NCBI GenBank assembly: GCA_043803105.1
Contig: JAZDKJ010000006.1
Span: forward strand, 352,001-416,000
Source of the DNA: Candidatus Woesearchaeota archaeon
GTDB taxonomy: Archaea > Nanobdellota > Nanobdellia > Woesearchaeales > JAZDKJ01
Reading direction: 5' to 3'
Length of the DNA: 64,000 nt
Part shown: positions 56,955 to 64,000 of the stretch, in pieces
Position numbering within the stretch: position 1 is the stretch's first letter
How the letters are laid out: each line of letters opens with the position of its first letter
The notes under the pieces: generated by a model
What the model was told of the DNA's origin: nothing
What the model saw: the letters and a program-made list of their open reading frames with translations, nothing else
Databases searched by the model: none
Position numbers and translations under genes: made by a program

Positions 56955-57725
56955 ATGGTTGAAATAAAGCTTGACCTGCGAAAATCGGTTGAAGAGAACG
57001 CTGGGCTACATTTTGAGAAAGCGAAAAAGCTAAAGAAAAAACTTGTTGGTGCAAAGGCAACAGTTGAGCGCGTCAGAAAAGAGCTTGATAGGTTTGAGAA
57101 AAAGGAGCTGGCTGCTGTTGAGCTGCCTAAGGTCGACAGGAGAAAACAATGGTTCGAAAAGTTCCGCTGGTTCTTGAGTTCAGAGGGTTTTCTTGTGGTT
57201 GGCGGCCGCGACGCAACTACCAACGAAATAATAATCAAGAAGCACACGGAGCCTGAAGACCTTGTTTTTCATACTGACATGTCAGGCTCTCCTTTTTTCG
57301 TTGTTAAGGCTGATGGAAAACAACCTGGTGTCCAGACCTTAAGGGAGGCTGCAGACGCCACTTTTTCTTTTAGTCGCAGCTCAAAGACAGGTATGACCAC
57401 TTCTCCTGTTTTTTACGTTACGCCTGCTCAGGTCTCAAGGACTCCTAATCCTGGTGAGTCATTGCCTAAAGGCGCTTTCATCATTCGTGGCAAGACCAAT
57501 TACATAGAAAACAAGTTTAATGTTGCTGTCGGTATCTATAAGGGAGCTGTTATGGCTGGCCCGCTTGAAGCAGTGCAGAAGCATTGCGAAAAATATCTCC
57601 AATTGATTCCTGGGGAAAAAAAGCCTTCTGACATTGCAAAGATGGTTAGGAAGCTTATTGGTGGAGAGCTTGATGAGATAATTAGGGCTCTCCCCAGTGG
57701 CAACTGTGACCTGAAGAAACCTTAA
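56955..57725 (+). CDS. Short NFACT/Rqc2-like protein (coiled coil + NFACT-R)
   Basis: LDLRKSVEENA..FEKAKK, WFEKFRWF.SS.G.LVVGGRDA..NE, GE.LPKGAF.IRG. Confidence 0.85.
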   Translation: MVEIKLDLRKSVEENAGLHFEKAKKLKKKLVGAKATVERVRKELDRFEKKELAAVELPKVDRRKQWFEKFRWFLSSEGFLVVGGRDATTNEIIIKKHTEPEDLVFHTDMSGSPFFVVKADGKQPGVQTLREAADATFSFSRSSKTGMTTSPVFYVTPAQVSRTPNPGESLPKGAFIIRGKTNYIENKFNVAVGIYKGAVMAGPLEAVQKHCEKYLQLIPGEKKPSDIAKMVRKLIGGELDEIIRALPSGNCDLKKP

Positions 57726-58284
57726 CACTATCTCCTTTTCTTGCAATATAATGGTAGTTCACATAGAGTTCAACGTTCGTTGCATTCACACCGAGGCCGT
57801 TGTGCACCATGATTAATCCACTCTTCTCGATTTCTCGCCTTAACGTTCTTGCTTGCCCAAGGTAGGAGGGAATATCAATTGCAAGCTTTAAGAGTCTTCC
57901 CCTTTCTCTGAATTCTCTCATTGGTCTCATTGGAACGTCTCCGACAAGGTAGCCTCCCGGTTTCAGCACTCGTGCTGTCTCTGTAAAAAGCATGTTCCTG
58001 TCATGAACCAGGTCTGCAAGATATCCCTGAACCACAACGTCGATGCACTCATCCCTAAAGGGGAGGCGCAGCGCATCTCCTGCAACCGCATCCTTTACAA
58101 GCAGTGGTTTTTGCTCTCTGTAGCAAAGGTCGAGTGCGATAGTCTGTCCTGATGAAGCCAAGTGAAGCGAGCTGTCCAAGGCAAAATATCCAGCTCCAAG
58201 GTCAAGCATGCTCTTTGATTCTAGTTCAGGCACAAATGCCAGAAGCGTCCTGTGGTCATACAAAATCATGCCATGTTGTTCCAT
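57682..58284 (-). CDS. Class I SAM-dependent methyltransferase
   Basis: LDLGAG, GDALRLPF.D..D, RVLKPGG. Confidence 0.85.
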   Translation of the reverse strand: MEQHGMILYDHRTLLAFVPELESKSMLDLGAGYFALDSSLHLASSGQTIALDLCYREQKPLLVKDAVAGDALRLPFRDECIDVVVQGYLADLVHDRNMLFTETARVLKPGGYLVGDVPMRPMREFRERGRLLKLAIDIPSYLGQARTLRREIEKSGLIMVHNGLGVNATNVELYVNYHYIARKGDSVKVSSGHSCHWGEP

Positions 58285-58427
58285 ATATCACTTTTAAAGC
58301 TTGCTGCTGACATCTCGTGCCAGAGCAATATCATATATCAAAATGTTACTATTCCAGAATAGAAATGCTTTAATAAGGGGCGTCTAAGGTTCTTTGCAGG
58401 GTGTTTAGAGAAAAGCGAGGTGTCTAG

Positions 58428-59732
58428 ATGAAAGTCCTTATTGTAGGTTCAGGAGGTCGGGAGCATGCTCTGGCCTGGAAAATAGCCAAAAGTCCGCTGG
58501 TTTCTAAGGTATATTGTGCTCCAGGTAATGACGGAATTTTGCAGACGCCAAAGGCAGATTGTTTCTCAGAAATCAAGGCAACAGATATTGAAGGCCTTGT
58601 TTCCCTGGCGAAAAAGAAAGGTGTTGATTTCACTCTTTTTGGTCCTGAAGATTCTTTGGTCAACGGCGCCTATGACAGGTTCAGGAAAGAAGGCCGTCTT
58701 GCTTTAGGCCCTGATAGCTGGGGAGCTGATATTGAAGGCAGCAAAGCCTGGACAAAGGACTTGATGCAAAACTATGGTATACCTACTGCCTTTGGCCAGT
58801 CAACCTCAAGGATTTCACAAGCTAAGGATATTGCCAAGGAATTTGTGCAGCATTATGGTGGTGTAGTTGTCAAGGCAGATGGGCCTTGTGGCGGAAAGGG
58901 AGTTTTTGTATGCAGAACCTTGCTTGAAGCCATTTTAGCCATAGACCGGATTATGGTCAAGCGAGTCTTTGGCCCTGCTGGAAAGCGAGTTGTCTTGGAA
59001 GAACTGCTTGTTGGCGAGGAAGCATCATTCATGGCATTGGTAAACAGCGTCGAAGATTATATCTTGCCTTTTGCTTCATCGCAAGACCATAAGAGGCGTG
59101 ATGATGGAGATAAAGGCCCAATGACCGGCGGCATGGGTGCTTATTCGCCTGCGCCTGTAGTAACACCTGTAATTCATAAAATGATAATGAAAGACACCTT
59201 GTACCAGACTATGCGCGCTATGGCTCAGGAAGGCAGGCCTTATGTTGGGGTCATGTATGCTGGCCTAATGATAGTTAAAGGAAAACCAAAGGTGCTGGAA
59301 TTCAACTGCCGCTTCGGAGACCCAGAGATCCAGCCAATACTAATGAGGATGAAACCTGACATTATGCCTTTGCTCATTGGCTGTGCAGAAGGCAACCTCA
59401 GAAAACAGACGGTTGAATGGTACGACGACGCTGCGGTCTGCGTAGTTATGGCCTCAAAAGGTTATCCTGAATCAGAGCAATTGAGAGGCCAGCAGATTCA
59501 CGGCCTTGAGGATGTTACACACATGGAAAATGTCTATGCCTTCCATGCAGGCACTGCTTACAAGAATGGTGTTTGGACTAATAAGGGTGGCCGTGTCTTA
59601 GGTGTAACTGGCAGAGCGCCCACCATAAAGGAGGCACAAGACCTTGCCTATGAAGCAGCCAAAATGATTACATTCAATGGTGCTCATTATCGCACTGACA
59701 TAGGCAATAAAGCAATCCAGAAAACAGTCTAG
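58428..59732 (+). CDS. purD: Phosphoribosylamine-glycine ligase
   Basis: MKVLIVGSGGREHALAW, QDHKR..DGD.GP.TGGMGAYSP, EFNCRFGDPE. Confidence 0.97.
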   Translation: MKVLIVGSGGREHALAWKIAKSPLVSKVYCAPGNDGILQTPKADCFSEIKATDIEGLVSLAKKKGVDFTLFGPEDSLVNGAYDRFRKEGRLALGPDSWGADIEGSKAWTKDLMQNYGIPTAFGQSTSRISQAKDIAKEFVQHYGGVVVKADGPCGGKGVFVCRTLLEAILAIDRIMVKRVFGPAGKRVVLEELLVGEEASFMALVNSVEDYILPFASSQDHKRRDDGDKGPMTGGMGAYSPAPVVTPVIHKMIMKDTLYQTMRAMAQEGRPYVGVMYAGLMIVKGKPKVLEFNCRFGDPEIQPILMRMKPDIMPLLIGCAEGNLRKQTVEWYDDAAVCVVMASKGYPESEQLRGQQIHGLEDVTHMENVYAFHAGTAYKNGVWTNKGGRVLGVTGRAPTIKEAQDLAYEAAKMITFNGAHYRTDIGNKAIQKTV

Positions 59733-59771
59733 TATTGCGAATAACAGAAAAGCAAGTTAGAGGTATCTCAA

Positions 59772-60725
59772 GTGTCTGATAAACTGTTGCTGATTGGTAT
59801 GGGTTCGCCTAGTGATTTGAAGCATTTTGAAAAGCCTTATGCAAGCCTTGACGGCACCATCCCGGAATATCTCTTAAAAAAGGGTGTGAGACTATATTTG
59901 AGCCCTGGCACAGGAAAGCCTCTTGTTACCTCAATACATCGCACCACTGATACAGCAATGAAATTTGCAGATTCTCTTGATAGCTTGGTTGCTATAGAAG
60001 GAAGAAATGACAGGTTTGTTGCCTTATTGTTTGGCGGGCTTGCTTTTCATCTTGGTGGGGCTTTTGCTGGAAAGAATCCTGCAATACCGACGATTGTAGC
60101 TGCGATGGATGAGCATGCCTTCATGAGCGCCTATGCTATGCCTAAAGGAACTCCGGTTGGATTGGTTGGAGTCAACCAGCTTGACAAGGCTGTGATGATG
60201 GCAACTAAGATTCTTGACTATAACGATTCTAACCGAGCATGGATCATACACCATCATTTCACCAATCCTCCATCGACTGATAGGGAGCATCTCGTAAAGT
60301 CTTCATATGATGCTGCCACTCAGCTTCTGCAAAAGTGCAATGTTTTGTCTTGGGCAGTTGAATTTATTTTTGTCGCGCAGAAGAAATATAAAGGTGTTTC
60401 ATTAAGCCTGCCAGCGCTGCCACAAACCGCAATAGAAATGGACAAGAGGTTAATTTTGGGTTCTGTTTCGTTTGTCAATCCTGCTGCGTTAAGTCCTTGC
60501 ACCACAGGTCAGTATCAGACCCTCATGGATGTTGCTGGTCAGCTCAAGAACTCTTTGCTGGTCCATGACCCTTACAACGCAGCCCTTTTTACAATCCAGG
60601 TTATCGCAAACAAGTATCCAGACTTACGTCTTGGGCTTGACAGGATAAAGGAAGAATCGAGGCTGCCGACTGCGAAGGGTGGGTATTCTCAGTTTTTGCC
60701 AATAAAAAAGGATGATTTCAAGTGA
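59772..60725 (+). CDS. purE: PurE-like AIR carboxylase/N5-CAIR mutase with duplicated degenerate domain
   Basis: MGSPSDL, SIHRT, GLAFHLGG, MPKGTPV; second half ends NAALFTIQVIA..YPDL. Confidence 0.72.
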   Translation: MSDKLLLIGMGSPSDLKHFEKPYASLDGTIPEYLLKKGVRLYLSPGTGKPLVTSIHRTTDTAMKFADSLDSLVAIEGRNDRFVALLFGGLAFHLGGAFAGKNPAIPTIVAAMDEHAFMSAYAMPKGTPVGLVGVNQLDKAVMMATKILDYNDSNRAWIIHHHFTNPPSTDREHLVKSSYDAATQLLQKCNVLSWAVEFIFVAQKKYKGVSLSLPALPQTAIEMDKRLILGSVSFVNPAALSPCTTGQYQTLMDVAGQLKNSLLVHDPYNAALFTIQVIANKYPDLRLGLDRIKEESRLPTAKGGYSQFLPIKKDDFK

Positions 60726-60736
60726 GGTGAAATAAC

Positions 60737-62017
60737 GTGGGCAGTACAAAAGATTTGGTTACTACAGGAAAGCTTGGTGAGCAATGGTATGCGCCTCCAA
60801 CCGCTGTCAAGTTTGGTTATGGACCAATGCAGGTAAAAGGAACCTTCTCTGTGGCAGACTTAAAGAAGCTTATTCCTGAGTCTATCATAAAAAACAAGGC
60901 AGAAGCCCTTGCCATGCAGCAGGCAGCATTTGCAGAGTATCTGCAATATAATCACCCTGAGATCCCAAATTCCTATTATGGTATATTGGACAAAGATTTC
61001 AAACGTACTGACGTTCAGCACTTGTTGTCTAAGGGAGAAACATCGAGCATCGTAGTCATGAAGCTTGCCCACACGCCAGATAGCTTTTGCGAAGGTAACC
61101 TTGATAAATATCGGGCTGCCCTGCAATCAGGAGAATTACAGTGCGGCGTTGCAGACGTGGAGTCAATCTTCAGGCTGGGCTTTCCGCTCGGCAGCTCGAC
61201 TTTCGAGGATATTTTCAAGGCTGTCAGGTTAGGAGAAAAGTACGAGCATTTAGCCACTTACAATGAGACTGCGGCCGAACTCGACAAAATCAGGGCTATG
61301 GTTTCCGAGCAAGGTCTTGACATCTTCGAAGGTTTGGAGGAATTGCTTCAAAAAAAAGGCCTGGGCACCACTATTCCGAATCCAGGATTTGTCCTCAAGC
61401 ATTTTGTTTATGATACAACCACAAAATTCGTGAGTTACGGCGACCTTAAGATATCTGAGGAAGATGCTGAGAAACTTAGCGGCCTAAGCCATGAGAGTTA
61501 TCAGCTCTGGAAGAATGACATGTTCCCGAAGATTGCTGCTGCGCAGATAAAATTTTGCATGGAAAGGAACATATTCAATATTGATGGCAAGAGTGAAATC
61601 GTGGCATACCATCGCATGCCAGTTGTTGCCGACTTCCAATGCACTGTTGACGAAAACAGGGAAATGATAGTTGTGGCGGTTGACGGGGTTGAATGGCTGA
61701 TTCCCAGCAATAAGGAAATACAGCGGGCGATTTTCAGAAAAGAGGGAGTTTATGCAGCAAAGGCTGAGGCTTTAAGGCGGTCAGTAAAAGACAAAGGAGT
61801 CTTTGACCATTGGAAGGAGTATTTTCCGGCTGTCATCAAGGAGCGAAAGATTGATTTGGTGGGTGTTACAGAATTCTCGTGTGATTTGATGGCAAATGCA
61901 ATCATGGAAGTTGCCAACCGGACTCTCGGCCATAGGGTGTTTGATGCAAAGCCGCTTGACTCGTGGGTTAGAGACTTTGTTCCTTATGCTAGTAAGTTAC
62001 AAAGGCAAGGTGATTAA
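60737..62017 (+). CDS. purC: SAICAR synthetase, long divergent form
   Basis: GSTKDL, ESIFR...GSS, TTKF, DGKSE, AD..TVDENR, NKEIQR; operon context. Confidence 0.78.
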   Translation: MGSTKDLVTTGKLGEQWYAPPTAVKFGYGPMQVKGTFSVADLKKLIPESIIKNKAEALAMQQAAFAEYLQYNHPEIPNSYYGILDKDFKRTDVQHLLSKGETSSIVVMKLAHTPDSFCEGNLDKYRAALQSGELQCGVADVESIFRLGFPLGSSTFEDIFKAVRLGEKYEHLATYNETAAELDKIRAMVSEQGLDIFEGLEELLQKKGLGTTIPNPGFVLKHFVYDTTTKFVSYGDLKISEEDAEKLSGLSHESYQLWKNDMFPKIAAAQIKFCMERNIFNIDGKSEIVAYHRMPVVADFQCTVDENREMIVVAVDGVEWLIPSNKEIQRAIFRKEGVYAAKAEALRRSVKDKGVFDHWKEYFPAVIKERKIDLVGVTEFSCDLMANAIMEVANRTLGHRVFDAKPLDSWVRDFVPYASKLQRQGD

Positions 62018-62019
62018 GA

Positions 62020-63972
62020 ATGGGGCATGTTTTGTTCGGTCGTTATCCAAGCAAGGAGATGAAGGAAATCATCGGTCCTCAACCCAAGGATTACAGGACG
62101 CTTTGCTCTCCTGATATGGAAAATATTTTCTCCAAGGAGTCAAAACATAATGGTTGGGATGACGTTTGGTATGCCCATATGAAAGCACAAAAAGAAACAG
62201 GCCTGCCAATACCGCAGGAGCATTTGGATGCCTTCCAAGTTATTCTACACAAGATTAATTATCAACGCATGGATGAGATTGAACGAATCCTGAAGCATGA
62301 TGTTGATTCTGGCAGGAAGCATCGTGCTGAAGAATTGGAGAAGGTGTTGGAAGGCTCTTCCGCATGGCTGCATGCTGGTGCAACTAGCTGCACGGTCACA
62401 GATAATCAGGAGCTTACTGCAATGTATAACGGCTTGCAGCTCTTGGCAGACAAAGGATACAATCTCCTTAACAAGCTTGAGCGTTTTGATTCTGGTCTGA
62501 TTGTTAACCAGCACAAGTCAGATCTAGAATATGCCTTGAATATATTAGACAGCAGGATCAACAACTTCAAGATAAGAGGTGCAAAAGGCACCACAGGCAC
62601 CCAGGCAAGCTATCTCGAGCTGTTTGATGGCAATGCAGAAAAGGTCAGCGCTTTCGAACAAGCCTTCATCCAAAGACTTGGGTTTGGTAGGGCATTCACG
62701 ATAACCGGTCAGACCTATCCACGGATTGCGGATTACCAGCTCGTATCAACCTTGGGCGTGCTTGCGACTGCGCTTTCAAACATTGCAGAGTACTCAGTCA
62801 GCTTTTCCGAAGAATTAGCTCATCCTTTGTCTGATGTGAAGAGCTTTGCAAAAAGCGCTGCGCACATGGCATCCAAGCAGTGGTTGGAGCGAACACTAGA
62901 TGACTCTGCCCAGAGACGGATTATCATCGAAGATTCCTTCAAGGCAGTTGAGTATGTTCTGGATAGGCTGAACTCTGCAGAAATTAACCCGATAGAGATA
63001 AGGGACCCTGACTTTCAGCTAAGCCAGCCATTGTCAGAAACGCTTGAAGGCACTACAGGCAAGGCTCTTGAGCTGTTGCGTGACAAGACTGTGAATACAA
63101 TTTTCAGAATTCACACATTTGCAGAGAAGTTCAAGGACCAGCCTTGCATGGCATACACTCATTATCAGGTTGCCCAGCCTACAACTGTAGGCAAGCGGCT
63201 TGACCTTTGGGCCTATAATTATGTTTTGGCACTTCAGGACATTGAAGACTTTTTGGAGTCTGACAAGAACCTTGAAGTAAGCCAGAATATTGTTGAATAT
63301 CGCATCGCCACACTGTTAACACAGATTGCGGTTGCTGCCCATAAGCAAGCCGCAGATGTCAGGTTGTGCCAGCATGACGGGATAATGACTGAGCCTTTTG
63401 CAATTGGCCAAAAAGGTTCAAGTGCTATGCCTCATAAGCGCAATCCTATGAAGAATGAGCGCATCTGTTCTCTATCTACAGAGTTGATTCAGTATGCTGA
63501 TTCCAATAATGCCAACCCTTATAGCTTTTTGCTAGCTGACTCAGTCTTGAATCTTGCAATGGCTGTTTTTGTTGAGGATACTCCTAAACAAAAGGGCTTT
63601 ACTGTTAACCCAGAGGTTATTGCAAAGAATTTCAGGGAATTTCTGCCATATATCTGCCTAGAGCAACTGGTTAACAAAGTGCTCAAGACAGGAAAATACA
63701 AGCGCGAGGAGCTGTATGACATCGCTTACAATTGCTCAATACAGGCCCGAACCAATGTCGAGGTACACGGCAAGGCAAACAACACGCTTGAATTAGTGTG
63801 CGAATACCCTCAATTTGGGCTCACTCCAGAAATGATTCCTGCGATGCTTGATCCTATGCTCTATATCGGTCTAGCGTCAAAACAGGTAGAATTGTTTGGA
63901 AGGGTGCATGTGGACCCCTTGAAAGAGAAGTACAAATCTGTTCAGGCGTTAGAGTCTGACGTGAAAGTTTAA
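62020..63972 (+). CDS. purB: Adenylosuccinate lyase, internally duplicated form
   Basis: HDV, HAGATS, KGTTGTQAS, GQTYPR, QWLERTLDDSA, THYQVAQPTTVGKR, SSAMPHKRNP. Confidence 0.9.
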   Translation: MGHVLFGRYPSKEMKEIIGPQPKDYRTLCSPDMENIFSKESKHNGWDDVWYAHMKAQKETGLPIPQEHLDAFQVILHKINYQRMDEIERILKHDVDSGRKHRAEELEKVLEGSSAWLHAGATSCTVTDNQELTAMYNGLQLLADKGYNLLNKLERFDSGLIVNQHKSDLEYALNILDSRINNFKIRGAKGTTGTQASYLELFDGNAEKVSAFEQAFIQRLGFGRAFTITGQTYPRIADYQLVSTLGVLATALSNIAEYSVSFSEELAHPLSDVKSFAKSAAHMASKQWLERTLDDSAQRRIIIEDSFKAVEYVLDRLNSAEINPIEIRDPDFQLSQPLSETLEGTTGKALELLRDKTVNTIFRIHTFAEKFKDQPCMAYTHYQVAQPTTVGKRLDLWAYNYVLALQDIEDFLESDKNLEVSQNIVEYRIATLLTQIAVAAHKQAADVRLCQHDGIMTEPFAIGQKGSSAMPHKRNPMKNERICSLSTELIQYADSNNANPYSFLLADSVLNLAMAVFVEDTPKQKGFTVNPEVIAKNFREFLPYICLEQLVNKVLKTGKYKREELYDIAYNCSIQARTNVEVHGKANNTLELVCEYPQFGLTPEMIPAMLDPMLYIGLASKQVELFGRVHVDPLKEKYKSVQALESDVKV

Positions 63973-64000
63973 TGCGACCACTAAAAAACGAGCCTTCAAG

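Noticed and set aside
56879-57247. N-terminal extension of the HIT ORF 56249-57247
   Set aside because: Antisense to the NFACT gene; the real start is ATG 56878

Overview
Archaeal chromosomal window, most consistent with a DPANN (Woesearchaeota-like) genome; the lineage is inferred from gene content and the intron-rich tRNAs. It holds the rpoH-B''-B'-A'-A''-L30e-nusA-S12-S7 operon, L44e-S27e-aIF2alpha, aIF5A-L40e, aRF1, L37ae-rpoP-pfdB, aIF5B, GINS, Lhr helicase, a large and a miniature S-layer gene, an arsR-arsP cassette, tyrS and a purD-purE-purC-purB cluster. I decoded five tRNA genes carrying 1-3 introns each, one tRNA-like pseudogene, tRNA fragments, and several small ORFs missing from the ORF track. 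Main observations: (1) at three tRNA loci a duplicated tRNA 5' end is followed by the same ~25-nt hairpin motif and further palindromes, and related palindromic modules, one pair with compensatory base changes, also sit inside tRNA introns, suggesting an undescribed tRNA-targeting mini-element linked to intron gain; (2) a 650-aa PurB appears internally duplicated, with active-site motifs divided between the two halves, next to a similarly duplicated PurE; (3) an AT-rich tyrS lies between an intact tRNA-Pro(CGG) and a duplicated 5' part carrying a different intron; (4) two tandem HIT proteins both lack the catalytic histidine. All calls are by eye; no database searches or folding programs were run.
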